Shown here: piece after piece, positions 1-15,204 of the stretch
How positions within the stretch are numbered: position 1 is the first letter of the stretch
How the letters are laid out: each line of letters opens with the position of its first letter
DNA from: Salpingoeca rosetta
Taxonomy: Eukaryota > Protista > Choanoflagellata
DNA: 41,515 bases
Assembly (NCBI GenBank): GCA_033442325.1
Contig: JAWQFM010000015.1
Coordinates: 1,229,904-1,271,418 of the forward strand
Direction of reading: 5' to 3'
The notes under the pieces: generated by a model
The model's input: the letters and a program-made list of their open reading frames with translations, nothing else
The model's database searches: none
What the model was told of the DNA's origin: nothing
Translations under genes and position numbers: made by a program

Positions 1-3000
1 ATGACGTTGCTCGCTGGTACTTTGATCATCAGACGCAGCAGTGCCAGCAGTTTACGTACGGTGGATGCGGTGGCAACAGCAACAACTTTGAGAGCAGGGA
101 GGCGTGTGAGCAGCGCTGTGCTGTTGGCGCCTGCTGCACCCGGCGCATGGAGCCCACCAACGGCGGTGGCTATGGCTATGGCTACGACCGCAGTGGCTAC
201 GACCGCTACGGCTACAACAGAACAGGCTATGCACGGGATGGCTTCTCACAGCGGCCGGCAACGTACGCAATGTTCGCTCGGAACAGCTACGATGCGTATG
301 GGCTGGATGAGCGTGGATATGACACGCGGGGCCGAGACGGGTACGGATTCAACATCCACGGGTACTCTGAGACGTACAGCCGTGACGGACAGCAGTTTGG
401 CTACCTGGCCGACGAGCAGTACGACGCCACTGGGCGAGACCGCGCAGGGCTGGACCGGTCCGGGTACGACCGGGACGGATACGGGTACGACGGCACGTAC
501 CAGGGCGCAGAGTTCTCGTGCCAGCAGATGACGCGCAGTGCGTGCCAGGCCCTGGAGACCGGAGACGGGCAGGTTGAGGTGGTGTCGTTTGCGCAGGGCA
601 AGACGTGCAAGGAGCGGCGGTGCGGCAACCCCAAGTGGGAGGCGCCGCGGCAGTGCGTGTATGGCGGGCAGCGGTACGACTTTGGAGAGACGTTTACGTT
701 TGGGTGCCAGACGTGCTTCTGTGCAACCGACGGCAGCGTGTCGTGCGAGTGCAGCGCTGTGACGACGCGGCGGGAGATCCGCGACATGACGGTTGAAGAA
801 GTGCAGGCGTTCACGGACGCCGTTGTGCTGCTGGAGCAGAGCAACATGTGGTCGGCGTTTGCCAACACGCACCTTGGTGCTGTGCCGCAGGCGCACGGCA
901 ACCCTGCGTTCTGGCCGTGGCACCGCGAGTTTTTGAAGCAGCTTGAGCTGACGCTGCGGGAGGTGAGCGGCAACTGCAACGTGACCATCCCGTACTGGGA
1001 CTGGACGATTGATGCGCTGTCGCCGGAGACGTCGCCCGTGTGGAACGTTGTTGGCGGCAATGGCAACGGCGTGGACCAGTGTGTGACGGACGGCCCCTTT
1101 ACCGGGTTTTCGCCGTGCATTGAGCGCAACTGGGCGCTGGGCTGGGCGATGCCGTCGTTTGCGGAAATTGCCGGCATTCTCGCGGGCACAGACTACTCGA
1201 CGGTTGTAGCTGAGATTGAGGCGCGCCACGGCGACGTGCATGTGTTTGTGGGCGGCACAATGGCGACGTATTCTTCGCCGTATGACCCGCTGTTCTTCCT
1301 GCACCACGCGTTTGTGGACAAGCTGTGGTACGACTGGCAGGTGACGCTTGGCAACGGCAACCAGTATCCTGCATCCATGCTGCACCTGACGCTTGATCCG
1401 TTTGCCAAGACTGCCCCCGGAGGTGCTTGACAGCGAGGCCCCAGCTGTGCTTGGTGTATGCTGCGCCCGAGACAGAGCCCGCCGTGCAACGGGACGGCGT
1501 ATGGGGAGACTGCCCGAGACGGAGGGCTACTGCGTGAACACTAGGNNNNNNNNNNNNNNNNNNNNNNNNNNNNNNNNNNNNNNNNNNNNNNNNNNNNNNN
1601 NNNNNNNNNNNNNNNNNNNNNNNNNNNNNNNNNNNNNNNNNNNNNTGGCGCTGACGGCGAGTATGTGGACGTGCCTGTGGACGCGAACAACATGTACGGC
1701 TCTGACCGGTATGGCTTTGACGTGCGCGGGTACGATGCGTATGGGTTTGATGAGAACGGGCTGGACGAGCGCGGGTGCGGAACGGGCTCTGGCGCGCCGC
1801 TGTACATGCGTGATGTGTACCGCGTGCAGCGTGGAGTGTATGAGCGCATCCAGAACAGGACGTATCAACCGCCCACCCGCACCTGCCGGCCACTGCAGCC
1901 GCTGCCAACATGGTGGAGGAACATCAACTGGATGCGACGTGGCGATGAATATCAGAACATGATTGACGCGTACGAGTCGACCGTCGAGGACGCGAACGAT
2001 ACCATGTCTGGGCAGACGTACCGGAGCGAGTACGCGCGGCGGCCGCAGTCGTATGCGCTGCAGGACCTGTGCTTTGATGCTGGGGAGTATGTGCCCAGGC
2101 CATCGGACGATGTGCCTGGCGACAGCTACCAGTGCCCGCCTGGCGTGGTTGCGTATGCGTGCCTGCGGGATCCGTGCGAGGACGCGACGTGCCCTGGCGA
2201 TCCGACGGCCACGTGCCGGGCGAACACGTGCGGTGGGTGCCGGGCCGAGTTTTACGTTGGCAACGGCACACGTGCGCAGTGCCACCGCCCGTGTGCGAGC
2301 GCGTACACGTGCGACTACAACCCGTGTGCGCAGGCGACGTGCGAGGCGCACCCGGATGCGGTGTGCGAGTTCAACCCGTGCTACGGGTGCAACGCGGTGT
2401 GGGTGAATGCGACGACGGGCGAGAGCGTGGAGTGCGAGGTTGAGCCGGACCCGTGCGTGTCGTATGGGGAGTCGTTTGTGTGCGGCGTTGATGGGCAGAC
2501 GTACGACAACGTGTGCTATGCACGCTCGGCCGGGGTTGAGGTTGCTTATGGCGGCGTGTGTGTGTCGTGCGAGGAGCGGTGCCCCGAGTACGGCGCGATG
2601 GAGGCGTGTGGCGAGGACGGCACCACATATCCCTCTGTGTGCCACGCCCGCTGCGCCAACGTCAAGGTCGTGTACCCTGGCGAGTGTCAGCCGACACCGT
2701 CGACTTGCGAGGAAGTGAACTCGCTTCGGGCGTCGGATGAGGTTCGCCAGAGCGTGTGCAACAGCCAGGCAGCGTGCCTTCCCACTGCGTACCGTGACAC
2801 GGACAACCGCTGCTTCTGGAACACGGAGACGCGCAAGTGCAGCTGCCAGCCATCGGACATGGTGTGCGTAGCGAGCAAGCCCAAGTGCGTCGGCTGCTGC
2901 AACAACGACCTGCGCGACTGCCTGCGCCTCGGCGAGTCCACCGTGACCGCTTGCTGGAACACGTACCTGACCTGCGAGGGCGAGTGCGGTACCCAATTTG

Positions 3001-3824
3001 GCGCCACAGACAACGCCGACAACAGCATCACGGATGATGTGCGGTTCAGCATTGGTCTTCCAGCGTCCCAGAGCGGCCAGCTTGATGCTGAGCAGCTGGC
3101 CGAGGCCATCAGCCTTGCGCTTGGCATTCCAAACCTGCTGCCGTCGAATGTGACGATCCGCGGCACGGGCTCTGCTCGCCGGCGTCGTGCAAGCGACGGG
3201 GTGCAGTTGGAAGTTGGCGTGACGACCGGTGATGGCAACACAACGGGATCGGCCGTTGAAAATGCGGTGACAGACGGCAGCATGGCACAGCAGGTTGCCC
3301 AGCAGACTGGGTCTGCTGATTTGGACGACCTGGTCCTCGTCGGGTCTGTTGCTGTTGGCGGCGGTGGTGGTGCGCAGGTGACAACAACCGCTGGAGGTGG
3401 GTCGGGTTCCACTGGGCCTGCACCCACAAACCCAGGCTCAACCGTCTCTGCAACAACAACAAACGGGCTTGGTGATGACGCAGGCTCTGGCTCGAACTCC
3501 ATCTCAGGCGGTGCCATTGGCGGCATTGTTGCTGGTGTGCTGATTGTGGTTGGTGCTGTGCTTGCAGTTGTGTTCCAGCGCGGTGGCCTCGTCCGTCCAC
3601 AGAGTCGCGTTCACAGCGCAGAGCACCTTGCTGTGAACCATCCACAGTATCGTGCGCGTTCGCCAATCCCGCAGCCCTCGGCCGTCCGCATGGATGTCCA
3701 GCCCATTATTGTGCCTGCCGAAGCCGAGTTTGCGAAGCCAGCCATGTCAGAGAGCACGCAGGTGACAGACTGCTCTGTTGACAGCAACGAAGAGCTGGAC
3801 CTTGAGAACGTTGCAGACGAGTGA
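1..3824 (+). CDS. 5'-truncated type I membrane mosaic protein: Kunitz/BPTI, GYD(R)xG repeats, VWC-like, tyrosinase (type-3 copper), Cys-rich repeats, two Kazal domains, RRRR site, TM helix (interrupted by gap 1546-1645)
   Basis: The frame is open from nt 3: DVARWYFDHQTQQCQQFTYGGCGGNSNNFESREACEQRC (Kunitz). Then GYDRSGYDRYGYNRTG repeats; CVYGGQRYDFGETFTFGCQTCFC (VWC-like); CuA H..(QA)HGNPAFWPWHR, PYWDW and CuB HGDVHVFVGG..SPYDPLFFLHHAFVDKLW. After the gap: more GFD/GYD repeats, Kazal motifs VCGVDGQTYDNVC and ACGEDGTTYPSVC, SARRRRA, TM GGAIGGIVAGVLIVVGAVLAVVF, stop at 3824. The domains are clear; joining both halves into one gene is inference. Confidence 0.8.
1546..1645. other. Assembly gap (100 N)
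   Basis: N run. Confidence 1.
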
Positions 3825-5059
3825 ACGCCGACGTTGTGTTGTGTGTGTGTGTATGGTGTGGTGATGTGCGTGCGTTTGTTTCTACGCCAACCCTTCCTTT
3901 TTGTTCTTTCTTTCTTTGTGCTTTTGTGTGTGAGATGATGATTGGCACGATGTCTGTTGTCTTGATGTGTGGTGCACCTACGGTGCTGTTTGTTGTTTGT
4001 GCTGTGATGATTCTTTGAGCTGTCGTTGACAGACACCTTCACCCTGCTGTTGTTTGGTTTGGTGTTTCTTCTGATTGGTTGGTTGGATGTGTGGTCCAAT
4101 ACTTCCGACGCTCCCTCTTCTTTTCTTTCGTGATGCGTAACACATACACGAATGTGTGACGACACCAGCATGAGCATGTGCTCTCGTGATTCTCTTTTCG
4201 TATTTCAGTTGTCCCCTTAAACGAACGAACCAACACAACAACACGTGAAGGAAAAAAGACGACAGAAAGAGCGAGGTGACTGAACGTGAATCGACGGAAA
4301 GTAACGTGATGCAACGTGAGCTGGGATAGCGACAGTGCTTGAGTGGAGGAGGACACGAAGAACACAAGGGAATACGAGAAAAACAGGGAACGGAAGGAGC
4401 GGAAAGGAACAGGAAGGAACGGAAAGGAGTATGAGGGATAGGAGAGAAGCAAGAAGAGCGGAAGGAAACACGGTGAGGAGGTGGGGGACAACATGAACCG
4501 TGAGAAGGGTGAGGCATGGGACTGTGAACGGAAGTTGTTGTTGATTGTGGAAGATGGTTGCTTTGGTTTGTGGTTGGTTACTTCCTCTGTTTGAACGCTG
4601 GAAATTCCATATTGCAAGCAAACAATCCCAAAGAGGTGAGAGTGCATAGTTACAAAGGCAACGCGCAGGCCGTGACTTGTGGACGAGCAGACTGACGGAC
4701 ACAGAGCAGACACAAATCTCCGTGCCCAACCCAACAAAATATTGATCAGACATCTTGCATCGAACGCAGCCGCTCAGGGAAGCGCGGAGGTCGCCACAAT
4801 CGCAAGCCGCGCGTGCAAGGCGGCTGGTCATAGTGTTGTGGTGCATGCACGCGTGGTTTGATGGGTTGCTCGCTGTTTGTCGCTCGCTGTCTGTCCCCTT
4901 GCACCTTATTGTTGGTGACAAGCTCATGTCCATGTGTCTGAGTATGCGGGCTGCTGGTTGACGTTTATTGAAGCATAGACAGCATTGAATACGAATAGCA
5001 ATCGGTTCTTGGATCTCCGTCTCGAGCAACGACAATCCGCCTTGATACCACCACCACCA

Positions 5060-5390
5060 CCATGAATGAATGAATGAATCACATCATGTCATCAATCACC
5101 ATCAAATCACAACCATCACCACCAGGAACAAACATCATTCACCACAAACCAAACGCAATCGCCATCAAATCACCACTGCCATGAATAAATCGCATCATAT
5201 CATCATTCACCACAAACCAAACGCAATCACCATCAAATCACGACCATCACCACCGCCACCACAAGGAAAAAGCATCATTCACCACAAACAAACACCACCA
5301 CCCACCACCGCGATCACCATCAAAAAGTCACATCATGTCACCACCATCACCACTACCGCCATCAATCACCATCGAACATCACCGCTCAGT
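5060..5390. repeat. Degenerate C/A-rich repeat (CATCATTCACCACAAAC(C)AAAC x3, CACATCATGTCA x2) downstream of the kinase gene
   Basis: Copies near 5133, 5201 and 5272. Confidence 0.7.
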
Positions 5391-5397
5391 GCGACCA

Positions 5398-8912
<3,515 letters not shown>

Positions 8913-9034
8913 CTACGTGGAGGCGGCACAAGAACAAGCAAGTGTGAGACTTGAGATATGGTTGTGTTGCATCGCTCGTGTTGACAAGAGTATACGCGCA
9001 AATGCGCATACACACGCACGTACATACATACATA

Positions 9035-9349
9035 NNNNNNNNNNNNNNNNNNNNNNNNNNNNNNNNNNNNNNNNNNNNNNNNNNNNNNNNNNNNNNNNNN
9101 NNNNNNNNNNNNNNNNNNNNNNNNNNNNNNNNNNNNNNNNNNNNNNNNNNNNNNNNNNNNNNNNNNNNNNNNNNNNNNNNNNNNNNNNNNNNNNNNNNNN
9201 NNNNNNNNNNNNNNNNNNNNNNNNNNNNNNNNNNNNNNNNNNNNNNNNNNNNNNNNNNNNNNNNNNNNNNNNNNNNNNNNNNNNNNNNNNNNNNNNNNNN
9301 NNNNNNNNNNNNNNNNNNNNNNNNNNNNNNNNNNNNNNNNNNNNNNNNN
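9035..9349. other. Assembly gap
   Basis: N run. Confidence 1.
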
Positions 9350-9350
9350 G

Positions 9351-9448
<98 letters not shown>

Positions 9449-9564
9449 TGCTGTGGGAACCTTGCGCGCACTTGCCCACGCTTCACCCACGCTTTAGCCA
9501 GCACACTTCTTCACCTACGCTACTTTCACCCACACTTCACTGGCGCTTACTCTGCCATGCGTAG

Positions 9565-10227
9565 GGGACTTTGTGATTGTGGACCCGATTGAGGAGGGTG
9601 ACAAGGTCAAGGGCGAGATTTGCTTTATTCTCTTACCGGACCATATCAAACACTTGCTGGAGGAAGACAACTGGTATGCGTTGTGCCATGCAACAGCACA
9701 GTGTGCTGCTGTATATGTGCGTGCGTGTGTGTGTGTGTGCGATGTGCTTTGTGATATGCGCGCTCTGTACAACGCTTGTAACGTTTTGCTTCCGTGGTTG
9801 TCCTTGCAGGCCAAAGCAGTTCAAGGCAGCAGCAGAGAAGAAGCTTGGAAACGCGAGGTGCGAGCGGCGTGGGGCAGTCGCGTCCCGGACAGGGACGGAT
9901 GCAGGCACAGATGCAAGGAGTCACAGATACATGCACACACACACAGTCAACACACACAGACACGCACAGACACACACAGACACACACACACACACACACA
10001 TACATCATCATCATGGCTGCGCACTCACGGGCATCTGTCTGCATTGCAGATCATCTGAAGGAGACGCAGCGCGTGCAAGTCGCAGTCATGACGGAGACGA
10101 CGAGGACGGCAGTGACGGTGGTGATGGAGAGACGAACGACGACTGGATGATGATGCGCAACCCGAATCGCATGTGTTCGGAAGATGACGATGATTCCTCT
10201 GCCGACGAGGACGAGGAGTCGAGCTAG
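9565..10227 (+). CDS. EIF1AD: EIF1AD (eIF1A-domain RNA-binding protein), last three exons; 5' part in gap
   Basis: Exons 9565-9673, 9810-9857, 10050-10227 splice to [41 protein letters not shown]...acidic tail with RNPNR, matching the EIF1AD C-terminal OB-fold segment and its NxNR motif. Confidence 0.88.
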
Positions 10228-10267
10228 GCGTGCGTGCGTGCGTGTGTGTGTAAGTGCGTATTTGTGT

Positions 10268-10388
10268 GTGTGTGTGTGTTTGAGTAAGTGAGTGTGCGTG
10301 TGTGTTTGAGTAAGTGAGTGTGCGTGTGTGTTTGAGTAAGTGAGTGTGTGTGTGTGTGTTTGAGTGAGTGAGTGAGTGAGTGTGTGTG
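10268..10388. repeat. Minisatellite GTGTGTTTGAGTAAGTGAGTGTGC, ~4 copies
   Basis: Directly visible downstream of the EIF1AD stop. Confidence 0.85.
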
Positions 10389-10545
10389 CGTGCTCTCTGC
10401 AGCATTGTGTTCTCGATTCGTGGCGAGTCCTGGCACAAGCTATGTTATCTTGTATTGCTTTACATAACTGCAACAGAGGGGTGTACCCTCGCAACTCCCA
10501 ATAGTCAAAGAAAGCAACCCAATTAGCACGCAAGGAAGCAGGAAG

Positions 10546-10600
<55 letters not shown>

Positions 10601-10770
10601 CAGAGTGTACAGGGCGATTTAGTCTGTGAGTGCGTGTGCAGTCCCATTACAGCTGGACGAGGAGTGGTCGTTTAAGTGGCGGCTCCGCATCTCTGCTCTC
10701 TTGAGAATGCACGCGTCGCACCCTGCAAACACACACACACACACATGCACGAAGTGTGAGTGTGATGCAA

Positions 10771-11249
10771 TCATATGGCAGCCCACATCTCCCACATCGC
10801 CTGAGACACACATTGCGCCTGCCAACTGCGACCTTCGTACCTCATGTCACCAATGGCTTTGGGTGTCATCGTCGTCGTCGTCGTCGTCGTTTTTGGTGTT
10901 GTTGTTGTTGTTGTTGCCGTTGCCGTCGTGGCGTCGTCGGTGCTGGCTTGCGTGTCGCTGTGCTCTCCCTGATCCTCTTGTCCATCATCATCAGTCACCG
11001 CCATCGGCCCATCACCGACATCATCGCCGAGTGCACGGTCAGCGAATGCACCACCAATCTCCTCGCGTGCCGTTCTCCGCAGCGCTGCGATGCTGCGGCT
11101 GCTGCTCAACTTGTGCATTGCACGCTGCGTTTGCTCAAAATCCTGCACGGAGTGAGACATGGCCGGGATTTGCGGGCATGGAGGGACGAGAGAAGGTGTC
11201 GGTGTCAACAATCAGTTGCAATCACAAGTCGGGAAGCAGGCGAGCTTGT

Positions 11250-11308
<59 letters not shown>

Positions 11309-11957
11309 CGACGACGGACGACGACNNNNNNNNNNNNNNNNNNNNNNNNNNNNNNNNNNNNNNNNNNNNNNNNNNNNNNNNNNNNNNNNNNNNNNNNNNN
11401 NNNNNNNNNNNNNNNNNNNNNNNNNNNNNNNNNNNNNNNNNNNNNNNNNNNNNNNNNNNNNNNNNNNNNNNNNNNNNNNNNNNNNNNNNNNNNNNNNNNN
11501 NNNNNNNNNNNNNNNNNNNNNNNNNNNNNNNNNNNNNNNNNNNNNNNNNNNNNNNNNNNNNNNNNNNNNNNNNNNNNNNNNNNNNNNNNNNNNNNNNNNN
11601 NNNNNNNNNNNNNNNNNNNNNNNNNNNNNNNNNNNNNNNNNNNNNNNNNNNNNNNNNNNNNNNNNNNNNNNNNNNNNNNNNNNNNNNNNNNNNNNNNNNN
11701 NNNNNNNNNNNNNNNNNNNNNNNNNNNNNNNNNNNNNNNNNNNNNNNNNNNNNNNNNNNNNNNNNNNNNNNNNNNNNNNNNNNNNNNNNNNNNNNNNNNN
11801 NNNNNNNNNNNNNNNNNNNNNNNNNNNNNNNNNNNNNNNNNNNNNNNNNNNNNNNNNNNNNNNNNNNNNNNNNNNNNNNNNNNNNNNNNNNNNNNNNNNN
11901 NNNNNNNNNNNNNNNNNNNNNNNNNNNNNNNNNNNNNNNNNNNNNNNNNNNNNNNNN

Positions 11958-12012
<55 letters not shown>

Positions 12013-12147
12013 ACGCACACACACACACGCACACACCCCTTTCACAGACCCACACTCACCACCAACATGCCGTCGTAAGCGAGCTTCTCTGCTTCGTTTG
12101 CTTCATTTGTCGCATCGTGTAAGGGGTTCTCTTGTTGTTGTTGTTGC

Positions 12148-12179
<32 letters not shown>

Positions 12180-12590
12180 TTGTTGTTGTTGTTGCTGCTG
12201 TTGGTGCTGGGACTGACGGGCTGTCTGATACAGCTGTTTTTGAGGCGGGTAATGCTGGTATGCATATGGATGCTGTTGCTGTTGCTGCCTGTACTGCATG
12301 TGAGGTTGATATCCTTGATACTGCTGCTGCTGGTACTGTTGGTACTGCTGCTGTGACGTTGGCTGGTGGTTGAGCGAGGCGCGGGTGCTGCTGTCACGGC
12401 GCGAGGGCGATGCTGAAGTCGACGACGTGTACGCTGATGGTGCATATGGGGTGCGGAACTGCGCAGCAGGCGGCGTCATGGCCATGCGCTGCGTTGCGTC
12501 TGCATTGTTCTTGGACGCAATGTGCAGGGAGGGAAGGCGGTATGGGGTGGCCAGTGCCGGCACCTCCTTCAGCTGAGCGATCAGGCGACG

Positions 12591-12665
<75 letters not shown>

Positions 12666-12827
12666 GCGTGAGAGAGTGCCTGCCAAGAGCACATGGGAGG
12701 GGGGTAAATCGGGACGTGAAGTTTGGCAATCAACTCTCGAGCACAACACTTTTGAGCAGACTACGGCATACCTCGTGGTGGCGACGATGTGACCTCCTCA
12801 GAGGTGCTGTGGGATGACACGGACAGC

Positions 12828-12865
<38 letters not shown>

Positions 12866-13555
12866 CAATTTGTTTTTACCGCCAGGTACGCAGACAAGGC
12901 CAACGATAAGAGGCACAATGAGCCAACGTAGTGCATATCCTCACACACACACACATCACCGCACACGCATGTCCACTGCAACCAAGTCATATTACTTCCT
13001 CTTCCCACGCATCATTGCATCCACCCGGGCATTGTCTTACCCTTCGATGTTGAGAGAGACCTTCGCCGGCATGGTTGTTTTGCATGCCGCCAGCGTTGGC
13101 GCCACCTTGCGCTGTGCACAGTCGTCCAAGTACTCCTGCGGCCGCACGAACAGCAGGGCCAGGCATGGCGTGTCTGATGAGCGCACGTTTGCGTTCCATT
13201 TGGGGATGATGTGGCGCGCATCACATGCCCAACCCCGCTCAAAGAGCGTTGACAGTGGGTGGCAATGCGCTCACCTGGATGAAGAGGAGCTGCTGTTCCG
13301 GGCTCATGCTTGTCCAGCTGTTAAGAATTCAGGAGGTAGGATAAGAGGAGCAATGGAGAATGAGAAGAGCAAGAAGGGCAAAAGGCGAGATGGGGGAAAA
13401 TCAAGGCAAATGGGGCAGTGAGGGGAGAAAACACGTCAGGCATGGCGGAAGCAGCGAGGGAGCACGTGCACAGAGGGATCACTCACGCGGAAAAGGCGGT
13501 CATTGCCAGCTCCGTGTTGGAGGCAAACGGGTTGTGCAGCTTGAGTTGGAGCCAT
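10771..13555 (-). CDS. Hypothetical Gln-rich protein (multi-exon, spans gap 11326-11957)
   Basis: Phase-consistent exons near 13555-13487, 13317-13275, 13174-13041, 12806-12772, 12592-12060 give MAPTQAAQPVC..LDKHEPG..TPCLALLFVRPQEYLDDC..GRRLIAQLKEVP..poly-Q..KLAYDGMLV; a probable last exon is at ~11172-10771. No domain recognised; start codon and last exon are uncertain. Confidence 0.5.
11326..11957. other. Assembly gap
   Basis: N run. Confidence 1.
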
Positions 13556-13685
13556 AGCTGTCACGACACCAAACACCACACCAGAATGAGACCATACACA
13601 AGCGTGCATGAAAGGTCAGTTCACTCGAGGCGCGTAAAGGTAGTTAGAAATCAAACACATGGCATGGCGCGCGCACGCGAGAATC

Positions 13686-13895
<210 letters not shown>

Positions 13896-14062
13896 CGCAT
13901 GACTACGGTGGTGCGAAAACGCGCGCAAAGATATAATTGAAGCGGACCTTCCGGCTGAAGCGGAGGTAGGGCAGAATCGGTTCCTGTGCCTCTGAACTGC
14001 TGGTGCTGCTGTTGTGCACGCCAACCGGAAAGTGGAGAGTGAGCATGATCACGGTGGTGTTC

Positions 14063-14160
14063 GCGTGTGTGCGTGTGCGTGTGCGTGTGCGTGTGCGTGT
14101 GCGTGTGCGTGTGCGTGTGCGTGTGCGTGTGCGTGTGCGTATGCGTGTGCGTGCGCGTGT
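14063..14160. repeat. (GTGTGC)n hexamer repeat
   Basis: Directly visible. Confidence 0.9.
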
Positions 14161-14380
14161 GTATGTGCGCGCGTGTGTGTATGCGTGAATAAGGGTCTCA
14201 ACACGTGATAGATAGCCAGCCGTATCATAAGCAATGGTAGGATGTGGAGTTTGAAAGCAACAAACAGCAGCATCACATATCACAAACACCGCCACCGCCG
14301 CCTTCTTCCCGCCAAACCTCATCTTGGCCAGTGCTGCGGAAATTTGGTGATGATACCAGCGAAAATGCGCGCACGAAATG

Positions 14381-14449
<69 letters not shown>

Positions 14450-14852
14450 TCTTCTCTGCCTCTGTCTGTCTTCTCTGTGGCTGCCTCTGTCTGTCTCCGT
14501 GCTTTGCTCTGACGTTACGCCTGTCATCAGCACACCTCCCACAAACATATCAGCTGTGTCAATAGAGGCAATCATCCATTGTTTTCATGTGATGGTGACA
14601 TGACTACGCACCACAAACGACTCTCTGTTAGGAACATTCACACGCAGCGGTACGAAAAAAAAAGAGTTAGAAGAAGAAACCAGCGCCAACAGCAGCCGCT
14701 ACCACCTCGGCAACACCAATGAAACACACGCAACCAAACAAGGTTCAGTGTCGTGATGTAACGCAACACAAAGCGCAACTATGGCAGCGCCAGCTCAACA
14801 CAACACATCAAACATGGGCACGGCAAGCCTATCCCCAACGAGCAGGAAACGC

Positions 14853-14928
<76 letters not shown>
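14853..14928. repeat. (GCAA)n tetranucleotide microsatellite
   Basis: Directly visible. Confidence 0.95.
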
Positions 14929-14929
<1 letters not shown>

Positions 14930-15204
14930 GTGGTCTAGAGGAACGACAACACAAAAGACACACGCACACACAATGGTAGAAGCAAAAGCACAGACGTGAT
15001 GAAAGCGGCAAAGGACGAAAGAAGGGATCAGTTACATCGTTTCAGGTTGATGATCATGGCCACTTGCACGTGACCCGACGGGTGCACAAGGAGAGGTGGC
15101 GGTACAATAGCATAGAACAGCCGCAGGCGCAGCCGCAGCGACACAACACCCATGAAGCACCCACGAAGCACCCACGAAGCACAATTGCACCTTGGGCTGT
15201 GGTC

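Noticed and set aside
246-2996. Long antisense ORFs (246-1385, 1527-2996)
   Set aside because: Shadows of the GC-rich tyrosinase coding strand with no domain features.
4060-4070. 11-nt complementarity between the unpaired loop of the 400-nt element (AAGAAACACCA) and the tyrosinase 3' region
   Set aside because: Short, low-complexity match expected by chance in GT-rich UTR sequence.
10268-10388. Regularly spaced repeats suggestive of a CRISPR array
   Set aside because: The spacers are GT microsatellite rather than unique sequence, there are no cas genes, and the context is eukaryotic.
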